Shown here in pieces: positions 41,996 through 54,419 of a DNA stretch of 64,000 nucleotides; position 1 is the first letter of the stretch; every line of letters starts with the position of its first letter. The translations under genes and the position numbers were made by a program. The stretch comes from Octopus sinensis (lineage: Eukaryota): contig NC_043009.1 in the NCBI RefSeq assembly GCF_006345805.1, forward strand, positions 30,876,001 through 30,940,000, written 5' to 3'. The notes under the pieces are model-generated. The model was given only the letters and a program-made list of their open reading frames with translations, made no database searches and was not told where the DNA came from.

Positions 41996-42155
41996 CAAGC
42001 TTCTTTCAGTTACTGTCTACCAAATCCACTCATCAGGTTTTGGCTGGCCTGAAGGTATAATAGAAGACACTTACCCAAGATGACATGCAGTGGGACTGAA
42101 TCTGGAACAATATGGTTGGGATGCAAGCTTCTTACCACACAACCATGCCTGTGCC
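41690..42155 (-). mobile_element. SINE family A, full length, tail-to-tail with the previous copy
   Basis: Reverse complement of family A. Confidence 0.9.
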
Positions 42156-42374
42156 TATATACATATATATTTATACACACATATATGCAAAATTAAACAC
42201 ACACACATATATGTATGTATAAATGTATGTGTAATTTGCAAAGTGCATTATGGCCAATGTTTATAACAGTGAGGTCAGTCACGTGATTATAAGATGTATG
42301 TGTATGTATATATATCTATATTATTTACATTATTTACATTTGCCAGATATTTGTCTGTATCTTGTTTGTTGTTA

Positions 42375-42418
42375 ACACAACATTTCGGCTGATATACCCT
42401 CCAGCTTTCATCAGGTGT
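42375..42418 (-). ncRNA. Minimal hammerhead motif (decayed)
   Basis: acac-CTGATGA-a-agctg..cagcc-GAAAT-GTT-gtgt. Confidence 0.6.
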
Positions 42419-42602
42419 CTTGGGGAAATTTTGAACCTGGGTTCTCATTTGTAAGGTATTTTTCGATGTTATTATTATTATTATTATTATCATTATTATT
42501 ATTCAGGTCATTGCCTAGAATCGATGCCCATGGGTATATGGCATAGTGGTTAAGAGTGTGGGCTACTAACCCCAAGATTCAGAGTTCGATTCCAGGCAGT
42601 GA

Positions 42603-42640
<38 letters not shown>

Positions 42641-42688
42641 TTGAAATAAACCTTAGAAATGAGAACCAAGGATCGAAATTTCCCCAAG

Positions 42689-42732
42689 ACACCTGATGAA
42701 GGCTGGAGGGTATATCAACCGAAACGTTGTGT
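42689..42732 (+). ncRNA. Minimal hammerhead motif
   Basis: acac-CTGATGA-a-ggctg-gagggtatat-caacc-GAAAC-GTT-gtgt. Confidence 0.7.
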
Positions 42733-43325
42733 TAAGAACAACCAACATAAGGACAAATATCCGTCAAATGTAAATAATGCATATGATTCCTCATCTCTTT
42801 AATATAGAACTGTAAGTATTATGTTTGATAGAATAATCTAAATGCTATTGGTCACATAATTGTAGATGTTCTTAAAATAGACTGGTTGGTCATGGCTGGA
42901 AACTACTTTTATTATAGATTTGTTCAATCACAGTCAATTTGGGGTGAAATAACAAAAGCCATTACTGCTATATAACTGGATAGATGGATGGACAGATTAA
43001 TGGGTGGATGGTATGACTGCATGAAAGATATGCCATTTCAAATATCTGCAAATGGCATGTCATGAAATTATAACATATATTCCCTGGCAAATGGCTAAAT
43101 GTCTTATTTCTCTATTTCATCACCTTTTAAAATGAAGGGATTTGTATGTAGTCAGCGAATCTGAGGTTTCCTGCTGTGGCTTTTATTAAATTATTATTAA
43201 ATATCACAGAAATGACTCGAGTAAAAATCAAAATGTTGTGATTGATGATGCAATGAATTAAATAAATTAGTACAAGATATAAATTCTCTGAGATATTGAT
43301 TACGTGTTCTTCATTAGCACCTTAC

Positions 43326-43367
43326 ATCGATCGGTGGAGCGTTTAGTGGTGATGGCGACATCAGAAT
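43326..43367 (-). CDS. Candidate 42-nt exon (ILMSPSPLNAPPID in phase 0, or xSDVAITTKRSTDR in phase 1)
   Basis: catAG acceptor with upstream CTAAT, GAT|GTAAGG donor, and 4 CpGs in 42 nt within CpG-poor unique DNA. Confidence 0.4.
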
Positions 43368-44240
43368 CTATGTGTCAGAATTGTGCATTAGATTAATGTT
43401 ACTTAAATCATTTATATTTTATGAATGAAAGCAACAGTGTGAAAGCAATATTACTACATCATCCCATGTGTCACCGTTAGGAAGTGCCACACCTTGCTTT
43501 CAGTGCCTCACTCAACAATACAATCACATTAGGAATGTATTATTCCATAACCAAACACCTACCATATAGATTTTCCTTTTTCCCATAGATTGCAATTCAA
43601 CTCTAAACCTGTAAAAGTGGCTATATTAGTTTCATAATTTCTATAATGAAGGACCCTAAAGGGACCTCTACAGTACACCAGATATCACTTTATTTGATAG
43701 ATCTGCACATTTGGACTTTCATCCAGTTATTTTATAGCATGTAATCTAAATGACAGTATCATGGTGCCACAAATTCTAAACTGGAATCTCTAACATTAAT
43801 GGCAGTGGATCTTCGTCATTTTTCGAGGAGGATCCAGTTCTTTGATCAACTGAATTACCTGCTCCTGTTTAAGTGGCTGAGTATCCTTCAGACATTTGTA
43901 TCCATAACAAAATTCTCTGTGTTTTGAATTTCAGGTACAATCCACCTGAAAGGCTTCTATTCAGTTTCCGTCTACTCATTCATTTATAAGTCATGGACTA
44001 ACTTGAGGCTACTGAAAATGACATTTGGCCAAGCTGGCATTGCTGGGATTGAACCCAGAATCTTGCTGTTGCAAAGAAAATTCCTTCTGACTAGGTTATA
44101 TTACTGCTCACAGCTTTGCTCTCCTAACTCACCCAGTTTCAAACAAGAAACTAAAGGGTTACAAAGAAGGTTCACAAGTAAAATAACTTTGTCGAAAAGC
44201 TCTGTGTCTCTACTCTCTTGAATGCTGAGGAGAGCGACAT

Positions 44241-44282
<42 letters not shown>

Positions 44283-44339
44283 CATTGATTGAGGGTATGT
44301 TCCAAACTTCAAAATTAGAGAAAATTTTAATACATGAAC

Positions 44340-44570
44340 TGTTAGATACTATCAGCCGCCAAATATACCACCTTTGAAATCAAGCAAAAACACTCTATTG
44401 TACCAGACTAATATTTAAAGGTCTTCAACTGCCTGCTGAAATTAATGAAAAATATAAAAGAGACTTTTACTGAAAAACTGACAATAAACATTAGATAAAC
44501 TCCTAGCCACAATAGCAAACCAGCCAACTATTCGAGGTCTCATTCAGCGAAGACCAACTTTCAGCCATAA
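44340..44570 (+). mobile_element. Decayed CR1/L2-group LINE 3' end
   Basis: FNCLPAEI...LDKLLATIANQPTIRGL resembles the LFNxLP...LDxFLxxIPDQP terminus. Confidence 0.45.
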
Positions 44571-44860
44571 AGCAACAGCACAACTTCTAAAAATTAGATT
44601 AAGGTAGTGCTCCAGCATGGCTGCAGTCCTACAACTAAAATCATTAAGGAATAAAAGAATAGTCATGTTGCACCTACTAAAATAAATGTATACAGATTTA
44701 AAACAGTAAAAATATATATTCATGTAAAATAAACTAATATGTAAATAGTTAAAATAACTAAAGCTATGAATACACAATAGAAAGAATTATAGATTTGTTT
44801 AAAATAAGAATTATAAATATTTAAAATGAAGAAATAAATATTTATTAAAAAAGAAACAAC

Positions 44861-44948
<88 letters not shown>

Positions 44949-45190
44949 CATAAATAAATAAACAGAATATAATAACTATTTTACAGCATATTGGAAAAGT
45001 AACCAGAATATCGTGGCTGCTTGGTTAATTAGGAGAATCGAAGTTCCATTCTGCTGCTTGGAGTTTAGCCATTTAGCATTGAAACTAGCCATATCTGGCC
45101 AAATATTTTGTCTGTTTTATGTTCAAATGGACCAGATCTGACCTCTCACACCCACCGTACAATATCATTCATAAAATAAATTATCTGTAT

Positions 45191-46065
45191 AGGTGCAGGA
45201 GTGGCTGTGTGGTAAGTGGTACCTTGGGCAAGTATCTTCGACTATAGACTCGGGCCGACCAAAGCTTTGTGAGTGGATTTGGTAGACAGCAACTGAAAGA
45301 AGCCTGTTGTATATATATATATGTGTGTGTGTGGTGAAGCATGACCTTTGAACATTGGACCTCACAGAGGCAATGACAAAAGACCGAGACCTCTGGAGGC
45401 ATGCTTTGACTGAGAAGACCTAGCAAATACAGTGAATCCACAGCTGTAACATACACCAGTGTTGCATAACCAGCCCTTGGATCGTAGGGTGACATGCTGT
45501 TCTTGAGGAGACCTACTGAGTCAAGAACATCAACATCAGCAATATCAAAATCAAGTCAAATGGAAATTGTTGTTGCGAGCCCCATGCCAGTAGCATGTAA
45601 AAAGCACCATCCAAATCTGGCCGATTCCAGTGCCGCTTTGACTGACTTCCATGCCAGTGGCACGTAACAAGTACCCACTAAACTCTTTGTGGTTGGCGTT
45701 AGGAAGGGCATCCAGTTGTAGAAACACTGCCAGATCTGACTGGAGCCTGGTGCAGCTTCCTGGCTTCCCAGGCCCCAGTCAAACCACCCAACCCATGCCA
45801 GCATGGAAAACAGACATTAAATGATGGTGATGATATGTGTATATATATGTGTGAGTGTATGTATGCATATATGCTTGTGTGTCTCCCCCCCCCCAACATC
45901 GCTTGACTACCGATGCTGGTGTATTTATGTCCCCGTAACTTAGCAGTTTGGTAAAAGAGACTGATAGAATAAGTACTTGGCTTACAATGAATAAGTCCTG
46001 GGGTTGATTTGCTCAACTAAAGGTGGTGCTCCAGCATAGTCGCAATCAAATGACTGGAACAAGAA
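45191..46065 (+). mobile_element. SINE A split by a nested RTE 3' fragment (45331-45835)
   Basis: SINE head, (TG)n, RTE C-terminus plus UTR plus GAT tail, then the SINE tail resumes. Confidence 0.85.
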
Positions 46066-46225
46066 AAATAGCAAACTCAACATTAAAATCTTAAAGATAC
46101 AACCTGCTCACTGTACTAATTCTCTTCTCTCACCATTCTCTCTCTACATCCTCCCCACCTGGCTTGCTTTCTCTGCATTCAAACTTATCTCTTTGCCACT
46201 ACTTCAATGGTACTTTCTAGTCACA

Positions 46226-46461
46226 ATGTGGTGAACTGGCGGGAACGTTAGCACGCCGAGCAAAATGCTTAGCAGTATTTTGTCTGCCGTTACGTTCTGA
46301 GTTCAAATTCCGCTGAGGTCAACTTTGCCTCTCATCCTTTCGGGGTCGATAAATTAAGTACTAGTTACACACTGGGGTTGATATAATCGACTTAATCCGT
46401 TTGTCTGTCCTTGTTTGTCTCCTCTGTGTTTAGCCCCTTGTGGGTAGTAAAGAAATAGGTA
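46226..46461 (+). mobile_element. SINE family C
   Basis: Family motifs. Confidence 0.88.
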
Positions 46462-47106
46462 CTTTCTAGTCTCTCTTTTTCGCTCTGTCTCTCTCTTTCT
46501 CTGTCTCTCTTTCTTTCTACAGCCATTCACTTCTCCCTTTTCACTCATTGTCCTCTCCCCATAGCTTCTCTCCCTCTCCTTCAATGATTCTCTCCCTTCA
46601 GAGTTTTCCCCACCCTCATCTATTTCTTCCTTTCGTATTTCTTTTCACATACACCTCTCCCATTCCCCCTTACAATGAAGAATACCTCAGGACCCCCCCC
46701 CAACACAACCTATCTTAACATATTTTCACACTGCCCCTCCTCCCATCATTTCACAGTAACACATGGCACTAGTCTCTCCCCTTCCCTTTCACTCCCATAC
46801 CCCCTGCCACCCCTATGCTGTCAACTTTGTTACTCACCCCAATCCCGTCCGTCTCACACCTACAAACCTGTTTCTCTAATTATAATTCATTTCCTTTCCT
46901 TGCACCACGGAGAATCCTTGGCCCACCCCTCTCCTATTTTCGTTCAGTTATAAGACACATAAGGAACAGTTAGTCATGAAAAGGTATCAGGAAACTGCAC
47001 TAATGCAGGTGCCATAAAACTGCACACAATACATGCTGCAAAGTGGTTGATGTTAGGAAGAGGCATGATGCAATCCTCCAATTCATTGCATCCTGAATTG
47101 TCAGGT

Positions 47107-47250
47107 ACAGGGGCAAACTGACAGTATTAAGGGGCCCTTGGGCATAACTCTTTACAGGGCCCCTTTGAATGTATGTTTTAGTAGAGTCAATATGTAGAGT
47201 GCATGTCCCTCATAGCTCTGGGCCAATTGACCGATGGCTCAGTCTGCCAT
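47107..47250. mobile_element. Short hAT-like MITE inside a decayed RTE tail
   Basis: caggggcaaactga / tcagtctgccat ends and internal gggccc motifs. Confidence 0.4.
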
Positions 47251-48527
47251 CATGGAACATGGGATATTAAACGATGAAGACAACGATAACAATGATATTT
47301 GACTAATTTTCCAAGCAGTTTTTGACTTTGCAGTTTCACATGCTACAAATAGACATGAGTAAAAGTAACAAACAGTGCTAAAGCAAAGGAGACCTCTATG
47401 GTATTACATGACCTGCTAGAAATAGCAACCAAAACGTTATCAGGACAGGAAGGGTTTTGATCACAGTTATCCTGGATGAGGGTTGATCTGGATCTAAATG
47501 ATCACAACATACCTCACAAAACACAGAACTGCTTCTGTAGGTGAGGAATTTTGTGTTATTTAATAGATGAGATCTTGCTAAAGCTCTTTGAATGTTTGCC
47601 AACAAGAGAGCAGTAAATGAGGTCTAAATTTTGCCACGACCTCTTAAATATTCATCTTAACCTGTAATGACCAAAATGACAATTGGCTAATTCAACAACC
47701 AACATTTAGTAACATCAAGCCAAGGATATTGCAAAGTTATTCAAAACACTACACTCCAGGGACTATGGCTATAAACAAAATGTTTCTTCACTTAAATTTT
47801 CTAGTGTCTACAATACTATAGCATAGAATGCTGCCAAAGAAATAAAAGTAGAAATGAAAATGGAACAATTAAGTAAATGAGCATTATATTGGAACTAAAC
47901 ACCAAATTCTCAAGAGTAAAAGCTATAAATCAGAATGTGATAAAGAACAGTTCTTGACCAATGTTATAGAACCACTTTGGAACATTGAGAGGTATTGACA
48001 CCGTGTGAAAAACTTGATAGAATTATTATTGCTGTCATTGTTCTTATTAATCACTCCCAATCAACAAATATTGAACAGAAACTAAGATTGGAGTAACTAA
48101 TTAAAACATTTCAAAGTCTAGTTCATCAAATTAATTGAATCTTTAATGCTAGAATAGCATCTTAGCAATAGAGATCGTGCTAGAATCAGAATGGCAAGGG
48201 AAACTTATTTTCATGCTAAATATACTTACTCTGCCCAACAGAATACAGAATGGTAGAGACACGTGTACAGCACCAATCGGAACAAATTGGTTGCTGGATT
48301 AAATAATCTACAGTATCAAATCTCACCAGTCTATCTACTAAGTCCAAATTCTCCATAGTTCAATTTTTGTCTGAAATCATTCTGAAGATTGTACAATAAA
48401 TATCAGTTAGAAATAACCCTAATTCCTTTCATCCCCTTCTTTCTAGTTACTGCCCTTACATTCCCTGTTTCACAATTTTAATTCTCAATTAAACATAAAA
48501 TACTTCCATATGCTTATTTGTTGTACT

Positions 48528-48760
48528 AAGAAGCTTGCTTCCCAACCACATGATTCCAAGTTCAATCCCACTGCATGGCATCTTGGGTAAATGTCTTCTA
48601 CTATTGCCCCAGCCAACCAAAACCTTGTTAGTAGATTTGGTAGATGGAAACTGAAAGGAGCTCCTTAGATACATGTGTGTGAGTGTGTGTGCATTTTGTG
48701 TCTATGTTTGTTTATGTTACCACGACTTGACAATTGGTGTTGGTGTGTTTATTGGCCCCA
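48528..48760 (+). mobile_element. SINE family A, partial
   Basis: Family motifs. Confidence 0.75.
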
Positions 48761-48770
48761 ACACCAACCC

Positions 48771-49440
48771 CTAGGGAACACCGCTGCATGCATTCGTCTC
48801 CACGAAAAGATCTTCATTTATCTGCACCCGAAACGTTTGATCGCTCAGGAAGGAAGAAATCCATGAAACCACCAATAGATGAATCTTGAATGCTCGAAGT
48901 TTGTGCAAGGGAAGTCGGTGATTAACGGAGTCAAACGCCTTTGTGTAGTCCAAAAATACCACGCCCACCAAGTCTTTTTCATCCATGATCCTTGTAATCC
49001 ATTCTTCAAGAAGAAGAAGATTTGTTAGGCAAGATCTTTGGGGTAGAATCCCATGCTGTGAGTCGGATATATCTTTGTACCATATACAGATAATTGTATA
49101 ATGCTTTGGTTGGAAATGGCTGTGGGAACGACCTGAACATTGTGAATAAAGACAAAGTCGAGTATGTTATTTTCCCCTAATTAGACGGGCAATGATTTGT
49201 TGTATGGGAAAGTCTTTTGTTGTATCAAGGAGAGCGTTCGTATCCCTCCACTTCAGTTGCTTAGTTCCAGGCTGGATATAATCCTCAGACCAGCTAAGAT
49301 TAGTAAAATTAAAGACCCCTGTTAAAAGCATATTAGCCCATGTGCTGGCCTCAGCTAGGATAAGACTTATGAGCGAAAAAAAGCACCTCTGAAGTGATCT
49401 TCGTGGTTAACAGCGTCAGGATGACAGTAGGTAATGCTTT
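48771..49440 (-). mobile_element. CR1-group LINE fragment (endonuclease remnant joined to RT domains 2-4)
   Basis: QHGILPQRSCLTNLL, VFLDYTKAFDSVNH, SGVP, and upstream RGNNILDFVF. Confidence 0.85.
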
Positions 49441-49730
49441 TAATATCATTTCCTTTTTATATAGATTAGTCTGAAATTGTGGCAAATTAGGTAATTTCGG
49501 GGTTAGTCTGCAATCATATATAGTTAAATGTTTCCTTTCAACATCCTTTTTTTAAAGTGTTTTTTATTAAACTGGACTAGAATTTCGAATGAGCAATAAA
49601 TATCAAAGCATTTATAAATATATATATATATATAGTCAATCCAAACAAGAACTAGCAAGAAAAAACAATGCGACGATGTGATACAAGTACTGTGCTACTG
49701 GACGCTCAGGAAAGGGAAGAAAAGAAAGAT

Positions 49731-49766
49731 GATTGCATGTTTCAAGTGGAGCTCTTCATCAGAAAT
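49731..49766 (-). ncRNA. Decayed hammerhead motif in a Penelope-like fragment (about 49633-49830)
   Basis: CTGATGA-a-gagc-tcc-actt-GAAAC-atg. Confidence 0.45.
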
Positions 49767-49907
49767 ATAGAAAAAGTCCAAAGATGGGAAGACGGAGAAA
49801 GAAAATTGCCAACGATACACATGCGGTCATGTATGTGTTTGTGAGTGTATGTATTTTTACCTATATACGTATGAATGCATATTTATATGCTTTATTGAGG
49901 GAGAGAG

Positions 49908-49943
<36 letters not shown>

Positions 49944-50074
49944 AATAGATAGATAAAAAAGTAACATGATTGCCCTAGCCAGAAATAGACATATATACAC
50001 ACATGTATATACATAAATATATTCTTACATATACATATATATATCACACTCTCTATCTCTATCTCTCAATATCT

Positions 50075-50147
<73 letters not shown>

Positions 50148-51071
50148 TCCTACTTATATACATACATTAATACATATATACAAACAGACTGACAGATATA
50201 CATACATCTATAATAAATACCTGCACGTATATGTACATATACACACATTGAGTAGAAGTTCTATATATCTGCTGACATTTCTCTGTGATTGATTTGATAA
50301 CAATATTTTAGAATTGTTGTATTTTTCATGTTTTGCTTTGCCTTTTTGTTTTCTATTTAATTAGCAGGAAAATAGCAGAAAAACAAACAGACAAAACATC
50401 TAATCTCGAAGATTATTCGTAGTTTGGAGATTGTCTCGTTTATTCCAAAGATGAAAGTAGCTTTGTTAAGTGCAGGTTCGATGGTTCACCAAAACTTCAA
50501 AATATATCAACAACCAAACAAAGTCAAAGAATTATGTATTTTTCTATATTTTTGTATCTTATATATTTACAGTTTTTTTTTTATTATCATTTTCCTTTTT
50601 CTTTTTTTTTTTTTTGCTTATACAAACAATTTCCAGCTAGAGTATAATCTACTATTGTTCTATGACTTTGGCATTTTACAGAAATTTTTTGCGGTCAGGA
50701 ATTTTGGATGATTTTGATACCCCTTCACCAGCGGCCCCATGCCCATGCCATATCAAAAACATAAAGTAACTAACTAAATGTATGTGTATATAATTGTGTG
50801 TGTGTGTGAAATGGCTAATCAAAAGGACATAAATAGAAAATGAAAGATTATACAGGAAATAGGAACAACTCGTTTTTATTTTTGCGATAATAATTGTTTG
50901 TACTGAAACCAGCCATTTAATACATCTCTTCTATAAACTGTTTCTATTTTAGCACCATATATCTCATTTGTGTTCTCAGTGCAGTCAGATTGATGGAACA
51001 CACTTTTAACAATGACATTACTTTTAAAGAATATATACATATATATAATAAAAAAAAAACTTTGTTTATAT

Positions 51072-51120
<49 letters not shown>

Positions 51121-51269
51121 GTATGTATATGTTCACATATATATATATATATATATATGATACAAAATGCTAATTACAACAAAGAATGTTATGGAATTAC
51201 TTGAAATCAAACAGATCTAATCGTGCAAGAACAATCCTTTACTTTGTACCCACCTTTTATCTTTTCTCT

Positions 51270-51670
51270 CTTATTTGTTTCAGTTTTTAGACTGTAGCCC
51301 TTCTGGGACACTGCCTTTGAGAATTTTTAGTCAAATTAACTGACCCAAGGACCTACTTTTTGAAGCCTAATACTTATTTTATATGGTCTTTTGTTAAACT
51401 GCTGTGTTATGGGGACCTATACACACCAACATCAGTTGTCAAGTGGTGGCAGGGGACAAATACAGAAATAAAGAAACACACACACACTCACGCATGTGCA
51501 CACATACAACAGGCTTCTTTCAGTTTCCATCTACCAAATCCACTCGCTAGGCTTTCATCACTCTGAGATTATAGTGGGAGACATTTCCTTAAGGTGTCAT
51601 GCAGTGGGACTTAACTCGGAACCATGTGATTGGGAATCAAGCTTCTTACCTCAGAGCCACGCCCACACCT
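51270..51670 (-). mobile_element. SINE family A, decayed
   Basis: Family motifs. Confidence 0.75.
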
Positions 51671-51747
51671 ATGTCATATATTTTTTTACTTTCTTTGCCT
51701 GGTGTGACAATAGCAACTTATTAATTTGCAACACCTTTCACAATGCA

Positions 51748-51787
<40 letters not shown>

Positions 51788-52053
51788 AATCGTAGAACAC
51801 CAGATTTCAAGAGCATTTAAATATGGCACTGTACGTAAAGTAACAAATTCCTTCTGGCATATAAGACAAATTTTTTGCAAACCAAAATTTACAACAAAAG
51901 TGCAGGTAGATCAAAGACAACTTTGAAAGAGGAAAAATGCTGTGTGAAAAGTAGCAGGATCTGGAAAGATTGTGGTGATATTTCAATGTTTGTTTTTGTT
52001 TTTGTTTTTCCAGTTTCAGCTCTTGAGCTGTGGCCATGCTGGGGCACCGCCAT

Positions 52054-52213
52054 TGTGGTGAAAGAGTACAGCAGGGATCACCACCCCCTGCCGGAGCCTC
52101 GTAGAGCTTTTAGGTGTTTTCGCTCAATAAACACACACAACGCCCGGTCTGAGAATCGAAACCGCGATCCTGCGACCGCGAGTCCGCTGCCCTAACCACT
52201 AGGCCATTGCGCC
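52054..52213 (-). mobile_element. SINE family B, 5' part, young
   Basis: ggcgcaatggcctagtggttagggcagcggactcgcggtcgcaggatcgcggtttcgattc with CpGs intact. Confidence 0.88.
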
Positions 52214-52366
52214 AATGTTTACTCTACATGCAAGATTGAAATGTAAACAGAAAATTTCAATAATCAATTATTTTCCTCTTTCTTCAAGAACCAAAGGCAA
52301 TTGTTGCAAGCTGTTAAATTTTCTCTTAAGTAAAAGAATTGCAATCAATTTATTATTATTATTATT

Positions 52367-52645
52367 GCCTTTGCACAGCTTCTAATGCTGGAGATGTACT
52401 ACAGTGTCAGCTGTTCAATACCAGTGAACTAAGGTAACACCCCTTATTTTTCGAGCCCCTTCTGGAGTATTCGAGCAGTTCCAAGCAGTGCTGTTTTCTG
52501 CAAATGCTCTACCCTTATTGCAGCCCCTATTTGTTCCATGTACTTCTCAAGATTTTTACTCTCTGTTCCCAGGGCTCCAACAATTATTGGTACTACTACC
52601 ACCTTTTTCATCGACCACCACTGCTTTTCATCGACCACCTCCCAA
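52367..52645 (-). mobile_element. R4/Dong-like LINE 3' end
   Basis: VVPIIVGALGT...LQKTALLGTARILQKGLEK*, then (AAT)n. Confidence 0.85.
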
Positions 52646-52658
52646 GCTAAACTGTTAT

Positions 52659-52819
52659 TCATCATCATCATTATCATCATCATCATCATCATTCAGCGTC
52701 CGCTTTCCATGCTAGCATGGGTTTGACGGTTCAACTGGGGTCTGGAAAGCCAGAAGGCTGCACCAGGCCCAGTCTGATCTGGCAATGTTTCTATGGCTGG
52801 ATGCCCTTCCTAATGCCAA

Positions 52820-52820
<1 letters not shown>
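52659..52820 (-). mobile_element. RTE 3' tail
   Basis: Shared RTE terminus plus (GAT)n. Confidence 0.85.
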
Positions 52821-52867
<47 letters not shown>

Positions 52868-52869
<2 letters not shown>

Positions 52870-53178
52870 GACGTCAAACAGTATCCAATATCGTGAGGCT
52901 GTTGATTAAAGATATTGTGTCTACCAGGGGTTTGTACTGTCTGTACAAGGACCTCAGACAAACAGTACTTTATGCAACATGCATGCCATTCCAAGTAATG
53001 CCGACTTTTGCAATACAGCTAGAGTGTAGTGTATTTCTAAGGTTTACAGATGTTATTTTCAGATTGGGTGGTATTGAACCCAACACTCCGATGACAATAG
53101 GGATAACCTTCATATTCAACTCTTGTAGCTGCCACATCTTAGCAATCTCAATTCTCAGGTCTCCATATTTATCAACCT
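52868..53178 (-). mobile_element. Second R4/Dong-like LINE 3' end
   Basis: KVDKYGDLRIEIAKMW...VIPIVIGVLGSIP, flanked by (AAT)n on both sides. Confidence 0.85.
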
Positions 53179-53214
53179 TATTATTGTTGTTGTTGTTGTT
53201 GTTATTATTATTCA

Positions 53215-53384
53215 TATACACTCAACAGATTAGGCTTGGAAAAAAAAAGAATCCTAACATCGGGTTACGACAAGTAGCCTAGATGCCAAGAACCCTTTTA
53301 TTGGGTTACAGCAAGTAACCTTAGATGCCAAGAACCCTCCTAAGTATCCTAGCTGTCCCTAATAACACTGTTTTTTGCAACAAA

Positions 53385-53385
<1 letters not shown>
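53215..53385 (-). mobile_element. Third R4/Dong-like LINE 3' end
   Basis: LLQKTVLLGTARILRRVLGI*, flanked by (AAT)n. Confidence 0.8.
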
Positions 53386-53446
<61 letters not shown>

Positions 53447-53447
<1 letters not shown>

Positions 53448-54161
53448 GGGCAGCAAGCTGGCAGAATTGTTAGCATGCAGGATGAAATGCTTAGCAGTAT
53501 TTCATCTGCTGCAACATTCTGAGTTCAAATTCTGCTGAGGTCAACTTTGCTTTTCAATCTTTTGGGATCCATAAAATAAGTACCAGTTGAGGACTGGGGG
53601 GTCTATGTTATCGACTAGTCCCCTTCCGACAAATTTGAGGCCTTGTGCCTCCTGTAGAAAGGATTATTATTATTATTATTAAGGCAGCAAGCTGGCAGAA
53701 CCATTAGCATGCTGAGCAAAATGCTTAGCGGTATTTCTCCCATTTCTACATTCTGAGTTCAAGTTCTGCAAAGGTCGATTTTGCCTTTCACTCTTTTGGG
53801 GTTGATAAATTAAGTACCAGTTTAGTACTGGGTTCTTTACATCCTGAGTTCAAATTCTGCTGAGGTCTACTTTGTCTTTCATTTTTGTAATTTGGGTTCT
53901 TTCAGATGAGGTGGGGTAGTTGCTAAACTAAATATTAGTCATGCGTTGGGGCCAATGTAATCAATTAACCCCTCAAATAAAATTTCAGGTTTTGTGTTAA
54001 TAGCAGAAAGTGGTTGGCGTTAGGAAGGGCATCCAGCTGTAGAAACTTTGCCAGATCAGACTGGAGCCTGGTGCAGCCTTCTGGCTCACCAGCCCTCAGT
54101 CAAAATCGTCCAACCCATGCTAGCATCGAAAGCGGACTTTAAGCGATGATGATGATGATGA
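53447..54161 (+). mobile_element. Tandem SINE C copies followed by an RTE 3' tail (54009-54161)
   Basis: Family motifs. Confidence 0.8.
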
Positions 54162-54419
54162 TTTATCATTAAAGCTGACAACATTGATCATATGACGCTA
54201 GAGTTAGTCTAAAGAATAAGAAGAGTAGGTAACCACAGCTGCTAAGATCTTACTTGGGTACAATCTCGTTTGGTATAATTTTTGATTGATTACACAGTTT
54301 TATGTATGTATATGTACTATACTTATACATTGATGCATACACACACACACATATACATACACACACGTGTGTGTATACATGTATTTATGTGCATCTGTTG
54401 TATGTTCATCAAAGCTTGT

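Larger units (their letters stand above)
42320..42812. mobile_element. tRNA-head/hammerhead fold-back element, locus 2
   Basis: Minus arm 42320-42524. The plus arm has A box 42539-42549, B box 42582-42593, (AAT)n, hammerhead and tail. Confidence 0.88.
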
